A stretch of DNA of 64,000 bases, from assembly GCA_036172245.1 (NCBI GenBank), contig JAYWIR010000011.1, positions 2,728,001 to 2,792,000 of the forward strand. The letters run 5' to 3'. Each line of letters starts with the position of its first letter. Positions within the stretch are counted from its first letter, which is position 1. Source of the stretch: Raillietiella orientalis (lineage: Eukaryota). A program made the translations under genes and the position numbers. The notes under the pieces are model-generated. The model had not been told where the DNA came from, searched no databases, and saw nothing but the letters and a program-made list of their open reading frames with translations. This document shows, piece by piece, positions 36,278 to 49,496 of the stretch.

Positions 36278-39200
36278 CTGGAAGAGAGACGCCGGCTGCA
36301 GCATCCGATCTCAGAGTCGCTCCCCCACCCCCTTCTTTCCCCGAGGGGGTAGCCGGGCTGCCAGAGGAAAGATCGCGCGTCAAGTCGAGGAGAGGGAGCA
36401 AGGCGGAGCTCGAGGGTGAGGCGCTCCAAGCTGAAATTGGTGGGGGGCGAGCCTTGGGCACCCTGCGGGGCGAATCCTTCCTCCTCCTCCTCTTCGTCCT
36501 TGATCGCAAGGGGCGATCTCGGAGATTCCGTGACCGGAAACCGGGGCGCTGGAGGCGAGCGCCACAGGGCCGACGTTCGACCCTTAGGGTGATCGACCTC
36601 GTCGGGTCATCGTGCACCTCGCGCTCCCCGGACGACGAGAGGAGGCCGCTCAGAGGAGGCGCGCTCGCTACTAGCGGGGAGGACGCGAAGACGTCCCCAC
36701 AGAACCTGCTCCCGGTTCCCGCTTCCTTTCCCGGACCCATTTCCGGGGTGCCCATCCCGGTCAGGCGAGATCGGCGGCGGAAAGAGCGGGGGCCCGATGC
36801 TTTCCGCTACCTCGGCCGCTTCCGCTCCCGCTTCTGCCGTCCCTTCCACCCCCGGCGAAGCTGGGTGTTGTGCCGTCTGGACCCAACTTACGCTCCTGCT
36901 GGAAGAGGAGCAGTCCGAGGTCTCCCCCCTCCGTCGCAGCGACGCCTGGAGGGAAGGGGGGCGTCGTTCGTTCGAACTCTCTCGCCCCTCTCCCCTCTGG
37001 AATCCCCTCCCGATGAGCACAGATGCTTCATCAACCTATACCGTGGACCAGCCAGGCATGGAAATAATGCGGTTGCTACAATCAGTTGGGCTGTAAATTT
37101 CCACGGATGATAGGGGGAACCTACTTGGGATTCATCCGCCCGAGGAATGGAACGGACGTTTCAGGAGGGAGGGAGGGGTGTTTTCCCGAGAAGCTCCACT
37201 CCGGCTGCGAGGGGAGCGAGGTTGCTCCCAGACACCGCTGCTCCGCGGGGGGAGGCTGAGATCAGTCGAATCCACCCCTCCGCCCCCTCTATCCCCCCTT
37301 ACTCCGTTCCTGGGTGTATTGAACGCGGGAGCGGGCGCGCTCCTGGATGAGACGGGAGGATTCTCGTTCGCAAGGCGCGTCGTCCTCCCCCCCTGCCCCA
37401 CGGTCAGAGTTCACAGCAACAATCGGGGTTGTCAACCTGAGGGCTTCTCGCCAGGGGGAAGGGGCTGGGGCATCCGGAAGCCGCGCGCCCAGCGCGCCGA
37501 ACGGGGGTTCTTCGCGATGGCGCCGCCGCCGGGAGGACGCCGTCTCCCAGGTGGCAGCGAGTGAGTGCTGTTTCCATGCTCCGGCCGCTCCCCGCGCGGA
37601 ACGCAGCGGGAAAGCTCCTAGCGCGATCGCAGCGCCACAGCCTCGTGGCGGCCGCATGCGCCCTTCCGAGCCAACGTACCGCGGCGGATGCGACGATTGC
37701 TCGTCGTCAGCCCGGAAATAAAGAGATACATCAAAGATATTTGTTACGGTGATGTTCTTTTGAACGAATCATGTGTGAAGATGGAAGCTGGAGCGGAGCG
37801 AACAGACGTCGCGAGCGCAAATTCGATCCCTGGTACAAGTGCGTCTGTATTCATTGTACATCTGCACATAATACGTGCACGTGACACGTTGGATCTGCAT
37901 CCTCGTTCCCGAATGCCTGTCCGTGTAGCAATCTGTCTATGTGCACGTGCACGCGCATCATTGGATGGGAATGTCCTTCCCCACCGAGTGACGGCTCTTC
38001 TCGGCGAAGAGAGGCAGGAGTGAGGTTCGTCCGCGGGAGGACGACGAGCATGTCGGTGGAAAGATCACCGGTCCACGTGCGAACGTGTACGGTCCATCTC
38101 GAGTTCGACGGGGAGGCTTGGAACGCGCGCAGCCCGCGGAAGTCCATCGCCCGTCTCCCGACCCCGTTCTGCGGCTGCCGCGGCGACGGAACGCTCCCCT
38201 TTCTCCCCGCGCGGCATTCGACGGACCGTCAGAGCCTGCACCGGGTCTTGACTGCTGCCGCCCGAGAGTCCTTCCGCCCACAAAGTTCTGATTCCCTCTC
38301 ACCACCGAGCACCTCCCTCCCTCCCGAACCTTCCGCGACCTCTCCCTAGACGTGGTCCCAGTGGGACCGTGAGTGCAGTGGACAGCCGGCTAGGTGGAAA
38401 AATTTCCCACTGAGACGGGGGCAGAAACCAAGGAGCGGCCGATCGTCTCGGGACCACCCCGCACTCGCGTCCAAGGACCGCTCTGCCTGACGAACCAGTT
38501 GCCTCCACTGTTCCACCGGACGGTTCAGCGCTTGCCCTCGTGTGGCAACACGCGGCGATGCTCTTCTCACACTGAGGTTTGCCCTCGCAAACGTAGCTCT
38601 GATCACGAACTGTCTCGACCCCCCTTGGAGTACACGCTTCGAGGTACACGCTTCGGTTGTACATATACTAAAATTGGTGGAGGGGGGGAGGACGATGAAA
38701 TCGCTCTCAAGGGCCCTTCGGACTTCCGGCTCCTCCGCTGTGGATGGGAACGAGTGGCAGCAGACCTCACTGCATCCGGAGGACTCCTTTCGATAACAAT
38801 GCTTCTCGCCACAAGGACGCGACCTGTCCTGCGTTCCGGGAAGCAGTCGTGAGTCGCCACTCGCTTGGTCCCTTTACGGCGAGGAGGTAGCAAGGATGGT
38901 CTCGCCTCCGTCCCCGGATCGAAAGGAAGAAGAGCTTCCCGAATTGGAGGAAGACGCGGGACCGAAACCCGATGACCGTCTCTTCTTCCTTTCTGCCTCC
39001 CTCCCTCCCTTCCTTCCCCTTCTCCGGAGACGATGAACGTCCACTCCCGGCGTTCCCCCCTTATCATGCTTATATGTCTATTTGTTAATCTAAATTCCTC
39101 CACGCTTCCTCACGGGATCAGTTTTCTTCTCTCTTTTGGCCGCCGACCCGCATGTGGGCGTCCCCCGAACCGTGCCTTGGAGGCACGTCACGCATGTTTT

Positions 39201-39933
39201 TTTGATCCGAACGTGTGTCCCGGCTTGACTCTTCGCGACTTCGTTTCCTCCCACTCCCACCCGCCACCCTTTCCAAGAGCGACTCCGTCTCCACAGTCTC
39301 CAGGCTCTGAAACCGACCTTCGCCGGCGCTTCTCCCGGCACCTTGAGGAGGAGGAGCGAGCAAGTCAGGTGGTATGAGCTCCCCCCCGCAGTAGGTTGTG
39401 TGTAAAACCACTGGAGGCAACACCTGCGCCGCGGCGGTTCGACGAGAACGGCAAACTCAGGGCTGCCAGCCGGCCAGGTGAGGGAAGGAACCGGAGCTGA
39501 TTCGACCTCCCGCAGAGGGTCCGGCCGATCGAGCGGGCGATGTTTACTCGTCTCTGCAAACTGCCGCACAGTCCGAAGATTGGTCACCTCGATCGCCGTG
39601 GCGATGCATGCTCTCTTCTCATGGGGGCAACAAGACCAGGTGGTTTGGCGACTTCGTTCCGGAGGATCCCTTCAATGAGAAGCCCGAACCGCGTGCCCGT
39701 TGGAGCTCGTCGAAACGCTCGCGGACGTGCGGTTGGGATCCTCGTGAAAAAAAAAATAATTAAGGCGAGCAAAGAGCGACAGCACTCCATAGCGCTAATA
39801 AAAGATGAGGAAGAGGGAACCAGTTTAACTAGCGAAGGCAATAAAACTGGATGAAGAGTTTGCGAAGGACAGTCGTCAATTAATCAGGGAAGACATACGG
39901 ATCGACGGAACCAGCAAAACGGAAAGCACTGTT

Positions 39934-39935
<2 letters not shown>

Positions 39936-39996
<61 letters not shown>
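39936..39996. repeat. Perfect (AG)30 microsatellite
   Basis: Uninterrupted AG run visible in the sequence. Confidence 0.98.
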
Positions 39997-39999
<3 letters not shown>

Positions 40000-40353
40000 T
40001 CGATCAAGTGAAATAGTGCAGAAGAAATCCAGGTGTTTCCCAGCAGAGTGTTGCGCTTGTCGTGCTTCGCTGTTCTTCCTGCGCATAGGGAACTGGTTCG
40101 CCGCAACCTCGCGCGACGGGCGCGGAACGCTTGCTCCTTTGTGCCTTCCCGTCCAGCGCTTCGCGTGTTGCTGCGCCAATTGCGCGGCGTCTTTTCCGCC
40201 AAGCAGGGGCTCTGCTCGTCGATTCGGAGGAGCCCGTGGCAACCGGTGCGCAGCAAGAAGGGCTCGTCGCGACGGGCATCGCAGGGAGCTTCCCAATTCG
40301 ATGCGAAAAGTTTGCCCTTCGGAAACTCTTCTCGTCGTCCGGGGGGACCAAAC

Positions 40354-40965
40354 AATGAATCCAGGAAAGCTCACTCCGTCCCGTTCTCTTACGCTTGAGA
40401 GGGAACCCCAAAGGGAACCTCTCCCTCATTTTCTCCGGAGGGATTCCCCGGAAAGAACTACTCCTTGCATCTCCTCCGAAGGGAATCTGGAGAAGGATCC
40501 GCTCCTGGAATTCCCCCGTCGGACGAACCCCCCTGAAAGGATCCGCTCCTCGTTTCCTCCTCCTCCGAAGAGAACTCCGAAGGGACGCTTCCCAGTTTCC
40601 CTGAAGGGCGCTCCCTGAAGGGAGTGGCGAGCTTCTCGACGCTCTGGAAAGGTATCAATTCTCCGGCTCCATGGCATTCGATGGAGGGTCCCCCTTTGAG
40701 GGGGGGGGGGAACGACTCCATTTGCACAACCGGAGGGGAATCCCGAAGGGGCTCCTTGATTTCTGGATGGATCGACTCCCAATCCCGACCTGTCAACGGG
40801 CTTCCCCCGGTGCTGCATCGGAAGTTTGCGTCCAACCACGCACGGGGAGGATTCGAAACCCACGACTCACTCCTTATTTGAGGTAGGGGGGGAGGGGGAT
40901 TGGCACCAGCAGCGACTCTCGGTGCCACGCGCAGAGAACCGCAGTCACGTGGTCGCCGCCATGGG
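40354..40965 (-). mobile_element. tRNA-derived SINE-like element, copy 8
   Basis: atgaatccaggaa, gggacgcttcccagtttc, cacaaccggagggga, ccaatcccgacc..gtcaacggg and a head remnant ggtgccacgcgcagagaaccgcag. Confidence 0.78.
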
Positions 40966-43900
40966 TCAGTTGATCACGGAGCACAAATTACAGTCACCGG
41001 GAGCGTTTCGACTGTTCCTTGACAGTCCTTTGGAAAAGGCACATCCTATTTCGGGAGATAAACACATCGCGTGGACTTTTTCGAATGGCGCGATCCGTCG
41101 CCTTCCCGACTGTCCACGTGTTCTTCCTTGTTTCGTCCCTGTCCCGGAAGCTTCCCGGCTGCCAACATCGAATGATGCGGACTTTGAATTCCGATTTCTG
41201 GTGCTGGCGATTCTGAGGCCATCTTTCCGGGAAATGGTGACGGAAAGGATGAGTAGCGAGCGGCCGTGTCACAGATGGTCAAGTAGAGAGACGGCCGCGA
41301 TCGGGGCAAAGATGGAGAGTTCCTTGCCCGTTAGGTGACGGATCTCTTCCGCTTCCCGCTGGGTGTCCTTCACTTTGATCTCTTTCACCGCGCAAAAAGA
41401 CCCTGTGCACCAGCGGCTGGAGTCGGTGCACAGGGTGACCACTCCTCTCTCGATCTACTGCCCAGGAGGCGCAAGAACAGCGTTCGACGCGGTTCAGGAG
41501 ACGCTGCCTGTTGACGCCTGGCAGGGCAACTTCCCGGACGTGTAAGCGCCAAGGCAGGTGCCGGCAGATACCGCCCTAAGATTCCCGAGAGACCCCGGGG
41601 CGTGCACGGAACATCCCAGGGAAAAACTTCGCGTTCTGGTGTGCTCCGGAAAATGTTCGGCAACGCATCGGAGCTGATTCGGGATTGGAGGCTGCATTTC
41701 GTTGTGATTTTTCAAATGGTAGGACGATCTCGGCAGGTTCTGGCATCTGAAAAGTTTCCGAGTGCCGGAAACTGCTGGACCTATCCGAAGGCAACAGGTT
41801 TTCGCGCAGTAAACAAGCAAAAAGGCTGCACGACTGATGGGATCGACCCTCCGGCAACGTAGATGATTCTTCCGCCCCCCTCCCCATGCCTCCCCATCCC
41901 CCTCTAAGTGGAAAGATGGAAAACGCCGCTGAAGTTCGGCAGGTCCAGCATCCGCGCTTCCCTACCTCCTCCTTTCGCGTTCTTTCCGAGATTCGTGAAT
42001 TTCCGCGGATCTGACGCCTCCGTTGAGCAAATCGAATCTGTCGCCGCCGAAGCGGAGATGCGGGAACTCAAACAAGATGCGTCACCGTTGCCGTGAGGGT
42101 GTGTGGGAGAAGCCGAGGTGTCGATGGATGAATCTTCCAGCTGAAAAGCCGCGACGAAACCAAACACGCGCGGGGAAATGAAATTCGCAAGAGAGCACTC
42201 CGTGTGTACACAGCACTTTAGGTACTTCAGATGAATGCGCTGCTGATACTTTCGTTTGTGTTTCTCAACATCCCAGGCTGAGACGCGTCGTCAAGTCGTG
42301 CCCTCTCAAGACGAGAGCAGATCGGACGGGGGTGGGCGGGTGGCGGGGTGCGCGCGCCCTGCGCCATCCGACTTTTCCCTCCTTCTTCGAAAGTCCGACG
42401 TCGAGCGCGGTGCGAAGCGGACTGCGACCGACGTGTCATCATCTGATGCTTTCTCAGATAATGGATGGTTTGGCTGATGCACGGGACGCGGAGTCTGGAT
42501 CGGTGCGCCGCACACCTGATTCGGCGGTGGAGAAGCACCTGATGGAGAAGCTGAAGGCCGCGGGAGGCTGCTCGCTCCGACAGTCCGATTGCTGATCTCT
42601 GATCTCGTAAGGCTTCGAGATGACGACGCCGGTACTTTGCTGATTCGACAGCTCTTGTTCAAACATCCGAAGGCAAACAGGGAGCGGCTCGACTATTTTC
42701 AATAGGCAAAACACACGCAAAGCGGATGGAAGTTCTTCAGCATTCCCGGAAACATCTGAAGAGGCTGACATGGAAGCCGAAAGGCTTTTCGGAACGGGAT
42801 GTCCGCAGCGGATCTTTCGAAGTCGACAGGCTCGACGTCAGCATCCAGAGTTTCCGAAAAATCAGTGGGAAGGAGTTCTTGACCTCGAGCTAACTTGACT
42901 ACGAGATCACCGCTGGATGAGGAGCCGCAGGGGTCATGTTCTCCTGCAGGGATACCGGCCGCCCTTTGCCGGGCTTCCGCCGTGGGCGGCGCTCCCCAAG
43001 GAAAGGGAAGGTTTGGTTGCGGAAGCGTTTGAAGAATCCTCGCGTGTTGCCTGACCTCGCGTGGGTCTTTGGCTCAGGAATGAGTGTCTTTGTCTCTTGC
43101 AGGACCAACAGAGGGGAACTTTGCCATAGGTGAAACGGGAAGCCAGAGCAAAGCAGTCTCCTGGAAAGTTCCTCTTTACTGTGGAAATAGGCGATGATGA
43201 CATCCTTGGACAGCTCAGAACTTCAGTTATCCTGCAGCACGACTCTTCGTTCTCTTGATTTCAAGTTTTCAAGGGACCTGTCAGTGGATCCGACTAGCTG
43301 GCCCTCGAGGGTCCCGTTAGGAAAGCGAATCCCTCGATGATCCCCACAAGGAAGTAACAAGGAAACCAAGTGCGAATCCGGGCGATCTCGGGACACCTTT
43401 CACTTTCATTCGCTTCGTCAAAGTCAGCTGGAGTTCCCGAAAGACGTCAAGGGTCGGCTTGTCTCCGGGATGAACGTATCGGCAGAACCATTTTTCGAGA
43501 GAGGAGGTCCTTTGGTACGAGCTCGGAGAGAACAGTGGCTCTCGGAGGCCGGGAATGTTCTCTCCCTCTCACTGCGTTCCCCCGTAGGAGACGACCATCC
43601 CAAACGCACTCTTTCAGCGAAGAGTCACCTCCTTGCCCCGGAAAGTTGGCGTGCCCTGAGGCTGACCCGAGCCTGCCGTCCGGAGGGGCAAGCTCGCAGC
43701 AGTGCCCGGTCCGCGGGGTGCGTGCTCTAGAAGAGCAGAGTCTTCCGAGATCCGCTCCCTCGAAGTACGTCCTGAGGCAAACAAACCTATGCCGCTTCTT
43801 CCGGCTCCCCTACCCCTCTCCACCGGACGGCGGCTTTACTCCCGCGAGCGTGGAGGGCAGCTCTCTCTAGGGAACCTATCCTCCATGATGACTCGACGGT

Positions 43901-45299
43901 GGTCCGGACTGAAGTGGAGAAATTCCCCAACCTCACCCGCCAACGGAGGACGTCGGTGCCTCGGCACCGGCGTCCGCGCAGGGGGATGCGCCCGGAGCAT
44001 CTCTCCGCGGGTCGCCAGACGGGAAGACTCCTGCCAGATCTGCTGGGGGGGGGGGGGAGACGGTGGCTCCTTGACTGCCGATGGCTTCGGGAGATTTACG
44101 CTCCCCGATTATCCAGGATTTGCAAGCAGGGAAAGTGGCAGCGTCCGTGGCAGGGGGCGCGGAGCAGCGCTGCCGTAAAGCAATAAAATCGAAATGGAGG
44201 CTTTCGGGAGGGGGTAGGGGAGACGGACGTAGAAGTACGCGGTGTGGGGTCACCGACGCCCTCTGGCAGTGAAGGGAGGAGCGGTGAGGTCGGGGAGTTC
44301 GCCGTCTCAGGCTCGGACTCGTCACTAGGACCCGCTGCCGCTGCGGGCCCGTCGAAAGCGACAGGCACTACTCGGCTACTTTCAAGAACGAAGCCACTTC
44401 GCGCCCTCTGCCTCCTGCTGGCCGCCCCCCCCAGGGAGAAGGCGCGAACCGGAGGACAAGCATCGCTCACCTCCTCGCTTTGCACGCTCAGAGGCCCTTT
44501 CGCCCTTCCTGCGGCTCTCAGTCCAGCAAGAAAGCCTCTCGTCTTCCTGCTCCGGCGTCCTCCTCCCGCCCTACGGCTGCAGCGGATGCCTTCCCCCTCC
44601 TCATCGCCCCTTCCTCCTGAATCTCCGAGCTACGTGAAAGACTTGAAGTTGCCCATCCCGCCGGCGGCGCGTCTGGAAGAGCAGCCCGGCGTCCTTCTAT
44701 CCGTCGCAGCTTCGATTGAAGACGAAAAATGAAAAGGAATGACGAGAATTTGCATCCTGAATGGGAAAAGAAACCGGTCGCGCTCCAGGAATTTCGCCAC
44801 GCGCCTGCTCTCAGAGAAGCAGGAAGGCTCGCACGCGCCACTCCGGGAGAGGGAGGGAAGGGAGGAGAAAGGACTGAATTAATCCGGGAATCGATGGAAG
44901 GTCTCGCGGCGGCGATCGCAGCAGGGAGGAGGAGCGAGGGCATCTCCTCCTGGGGAGGACCGCGCGGCTGTGGGACAGGACTCCCTCTGACCGAGACACG
45001 GCGGCGGAGAGCGGTCGGGTCGCAGGCGACCATCGCGCCGTTGATTGGCGCGAGAGCGGGGGAAGCGCTCCAGGAAGAGGAGGCCGGCGACGGTCGTCCT
45101 TCGACGGACGGCAAGGCCGGATGGACCACGGCGCAGAGAGGGAGGAATGGGGGCGGTCCCCGAAAGGCGGCCCGTCCGCGGGAGAGGTCAAGGAGAGGGA
45201 ACCCAAGAGGCTGTGCAGACTCCCGGCAGGGGGATCCAAGCAGAGCGGGGGTGGGGGTGGGGGTGAATCCACGCCTGGTTTTTCTGATAGGTCTAGCAC

Positions 45300-45545
45300 C
45301 TGGGAAGTTCGACGTCCGATGCCGGCCGGTCAGCGGGGGCATCCACCTCCCAACGGTGCCGCCACCCCCGAATATTCCAGCCAGAGTCATACCGTGGGGA
45401 AGCGGGTTGGGGCATTCGAAAACCACGGCGCACCCCCCATTTCTCGGCCTCCGTCTATCCTTCCACAGGCGGGATTCGAACCCGCGACGCTTGGCGCGGC
45501 GCGCGGAGAGCCGCCGCAGCTGCGCGGTCGCCAACTACGCGGTCG
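45300..45545 (-). mobile_element. tRNA-derived SINE-like element, copy 9 (5' part)
   Basis: B box ggattcgaacc (on +) at 45472-45482, plus ccacggcgcacccccc and ggtcagcgggggcatcc. Confidence 0.75.
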
Positions 45546-47894
45546 GCCGGGCTGGGAAACTGCGGGACCCCAGGCTCAGTGGTCGAACATTCCTGGAGGT
45601 GACGAGAGGGAGGGCTTCTGATGGAAAAAATCCGGGAAGGGATGTCAAAGCACCGCTCTCCTCGGGGCAGCTCTCTCGTCCCCCTGTTCGGGACCCGCCC
45701 CCTCCCCCTGCGCCCCTGGAGTGGAGCAGCCAGCGAGGCGAGCAGCCGAGCGGGGAACGCGCGCCGGAACGTCTCGGAGGGGAGCCTCTCCCTCTCGCGT
45801 GCGCGCGCACGGGATGCAACCGGGAGAGGCAGACGGGGAAAAAAGGTCTCGCCGCCGCCGCCGCCGCCTCTCAGTACTTCCCCGACCTTGGTTCTCCGTG
45901 GGGGAAGCGAAAGCGGCGGCTCAGAGGAAGGCCGGCACAGGCACGGTGCGGCCGTGGCGACCGGGGTGGCGCCACACCCTCCGGTCTTTGCCCAGCGACG
46001 GCGCGAAAAACGACGTCGGGATCAGAACTCGCTGGTATCGATCGCCGTGAGCACCTGGCCCCGGGTCGGCGAGCCTGCTGCGAGGAAGGAGGAGGGAGGG
46101 CGATGACGCACCTGCCTGGCAGGCCGCGAAGACGCCGACGCGTCTGGGAGCGGAATTTCCCTCCTGGGATGCGCGCGCGCGCCTCGTTCCCGTAATGGCG
46201 GACTGTGATGCAGCCGCGCGATCGCCCTCGGGGGATTCCCCGTCGGCGCACGCGACGAAGTGTGGCGTGGGCTCTCTGGAGCCAGCGCTGCCGCTCGGAA
46301 GCTCCGTCTCGCCAGCAACGTGCATGCGGGAGAGGAAAAAGACGGAAGGGAAAGACCACAGCGGCGTGCGCGCGGAACCGCGTGCCTCGCGGTAACCAGC
46401 GACGACGGCGGCGGCGGGAAGACGGGCGCGCGCACCATCTGGCATGGATCGAGCGGCGACCCGGGGATCCCAGCACGGGGAGCCATTTTCGCTGACAGTG
46501 GCGCTGCCGACGGGGCTCGCCGAAGGAAACGGCGCGAGGAGTCGCGGCGCAGCGCCTCCACGCAGCGGATCCGGGGACCCTCCATAGTCATCACAGAGGA
46601 GGAAGGAGAAGACCTGCTCCCTCCTCTCCTCCCGTCGCTCCAGTCCTCCGGCAGAAGGCCGAGCCGACCAATACGAGAGCGGTGGCCCGCCCGCAAGAGC
46701 GAAGGGCTGCAAAGGTTCCCTTGTATGGCTGCTGGGTGACCGCCCTGACCTTTCCTTCAAGGGACGACCTGCAGCCACAATGCAGGTGAGGGAGAAGAAG
46801 CCGGCCCAAACGGAGGGGAGCTGCCGCCGGCAAGAGCCGCAGAGAAGTACCGGAGAGGGAGAAGGGGAGAGAATCAGTGTGATGCCAAAGGTCGGGCCGT
46901 TGTCCAAGCGACGGAAGCCGGAGACCCCTACCGTTCCCAGCACCGGAGAGCGTCTGGACAGAGCCATCCTCCCCGCTCTGTCCGAGGATCCCCTTCCGCT
47001 GCGTGGTCATGGGCCCAGCTCGCGCGCGGTCCCTCTTCCCTGCTGCTGGCAGCCCCGGATCCCTCTTGGAGAGATCCCTTTTCGGACGGGGACTCCGGTC
47101 CAGGTGGGCAGCAATCTCCCTTGCCTGCTCTCCTTCAAGGCGCGCTGATCAAAATGGGGGAGATGGTTGGTTTGGGTGCAGCCCTGGCGGGAAGGCGCGC
47201 CGCTGCCCTGGGAGACGCTCGCGAGACCGCCGGGATGGCTCGTCCAAAGGGGCTGGACGGTGATTGGCTCCGGGGAAGGGGGGGGGATCGATTCCTTAAG
47301 GGGTGCGAGGAGTGGCAGCAGGTCGGGAGAGCGTGTGGGAAGGACAGCGCCCACTCCTCGCTCGTCTCGGAGGGAACCGCCTCCGGATGACAGCGGCACC
47401 GGATGACCACCGTTTCCTCTCTCTCCTGCGCCCGTTAGCCCCGGAAGGGAGCAGGGCCGATCAGGGAACGAGCACCGGGTCTTCCTGTCTCGTCTGAGGT
47501 CTTTGCCGAGAAACGGTTTAGAAGGCGGACTGTCGCAGGGCGGCCACTTCCGTGGAGATGAGGATGAGGTCACCCGGTAGCGCCGTTCCTAACAAGCGGA
47601 GGAAAGGAAGGAGCGTGCATCGATCTCGGCCTGATGCGCTTCAAGGTCCAACTGGGAGCCAGATTCGAGCCTTCCCGAGATGACCCGGGAGACGGCTACG
47701 GCTGAGAGGTCGGGAATAGGGGGAGATAGAGGGGAGGGTTCGTCGGCGCCTCTGACGTCATGTCGCGAGCTCTTCTGGCTCCTACTGCCTCCACTCGGTC
47801 GTGGGAGTTCTCAGACAATCAGCCTCGACAAGGGACCCCTGGCGTGCGTCAGGGTTCTTCCTCGCCTGCGTACCCGTCTTTCGATCAGGGAGGG

Positions 47895-48134
47895 ATGAAG
47901 GAGGAACGGAAGAGGAGGAGAGGAAGGACAGAAAAGGAGGTAGAATGGAGGAGAGGGACGAAGGAAAGCGAGAAGGAGGAAAGGAAGAAAAGAGAGTGTG
48001 GAGGAGGGAGAAGAAGAGAGGAGGAAGAGGAAAGGAGGGAAAAGAAGAAAGAAGGTAGGAGGAGGAAGAAGAAGGGAGGAGGAGGAAGAAGAAAGGAAGG
48101 GGGAGGAAGAAGAGGAAGGGAGGAGGAGGAGGAG
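47895..48134. repeat. Purine-rich (GA/GGA) low-complexity tract
   Basis: Almost purely G/A on the + strand. Confidence 0.9.
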
Positions 48135-49496
48135 GGTTTCGCTTTCTCAATTTTCCCTCCCCCCCCATTCCCTGCCTCCCGTCGATCCCTTCCGATAAGA
48201 TCAACGCCTCCTTCCCTGGCGCTCGATAGCTCGGGAAAAGCTCCGAGTCACTGAATTCGGACATTCTCTGATAAGATTAAGAACCACGTGCAGCCCCGCC
48301 GCTCGTTGATCCCCTCCTGGAAGGGCTGGACCGCGTTGCTGCGGGCAACGGGTGCGCGCGAGCGCCGCTTCGCTCCCTCCACGGGAGCGGCAGATTTCCC
48401 CGCCTCCCATCTCGCGCTGGCTGAATAGGAAGAAACTCGGAAGAAGCAGCCCAGGAGAGCCTTCCGCGGACCGGTAGGACCTGGCCACTCCCCCTTCTCC
48501 GCCACTCTGCCGGTAGCAAAGAGAGCGGGATTCGTGTCCTGCAAACACAGGACACGCGTCTGGTACTTGGCGGGTCCACCCCACGTGTGTGCTTGGAAGC
48601 AGGCAGGGGATCCGCTGGGTTTGGGAACCGCCAGGTAAGATCGGGTACTGACAGGTGGGAGCCAGTACTCGGAGGGGGAGGAAGGGGATAAGGGTTATGG
48701 ACCAGCGGAATTCTCCCGTCAACGTCGGAATGGCTGGACGCTCATGGCTCTGGGGGTGTCATGGACCTTGCGTCAAAGAGGAAACAGCTGTTGAGAGCTC
48801 TATGCAAGGTTTCCACTGCGACGGAGTCCCCCATACCGCGCCGCTTCGGAGCACAGCCGAGGGGCGCGTCTTCGACTTGAAAAGCAGGAGGAATTTCTGG
48901 ATTTCCAGAAGGCGGAAAGGACAATTGTCACAGCCCGTGAAGCGGATCGCTGGGGGGACTTGGCGAACGAACGAAAAAGGGCCTTTCATCCCCCCGCCTC
49001 CCATCACCGGGATGTGTCCCAGGGCGCGCGCTTCTCCGTTCCGACGTCGACCCACCCGCCACGACGCCACCTCCGTGCCAGCACGCCGGCGGCGATGTCC
49101 AAGGACCGGGAAGTTCGTCCGGGAATTTTCGACACCAACATCACAGGGAAGACGTGAAAGGAGACGGTCATGTAGGAAATTCGGACTCTGGAATCCGCCG
49201 CTTGACGAAAACGCGCACTCTGGCACGAGCGCGTGGTGCGCTCGCGCGCGCGCATCACGGGCAAACGGTGTGCTGTGTGTTTACCTTTCCTTTCCTTTCC
49301 CCGATCGTTGGCAAGCGTTCCCACGTGCGGGATTCGTTGGCACGGAGTGTTGAGACGCATGTTTATCCCCCCTTCTTCCCGCACGATGCTGGAAAGGTAA
49401 GGAGCTCAGTTTACTGAACACGGGAACGCCATTGGCGGGATCTCTCTCTCCGCCTCCGCGATGCGCGCGCCAAGGAAGAGGGCGGCAGTCACTTAC

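Noticed and set aside
35845..37110. 421-aa plus-strand ORF
   Set aside because: Antisense to real exon B and GC-rich intron, with no recognisable domain.
37851..38147. MDFRGLRAFQ.. as an alternative Ig1 middle exon
   Set aside because: The acceptor is poor, and exons A and B already join in frame to give a complete domain.
44729..46195. Longest ORF in the track (488 aa, +)
   Set aside because: Arg/Gly/Pro/Ala-rich with no recognisable domain, and it runs through SINE copy 9. A typical high-GC shadow ORF.
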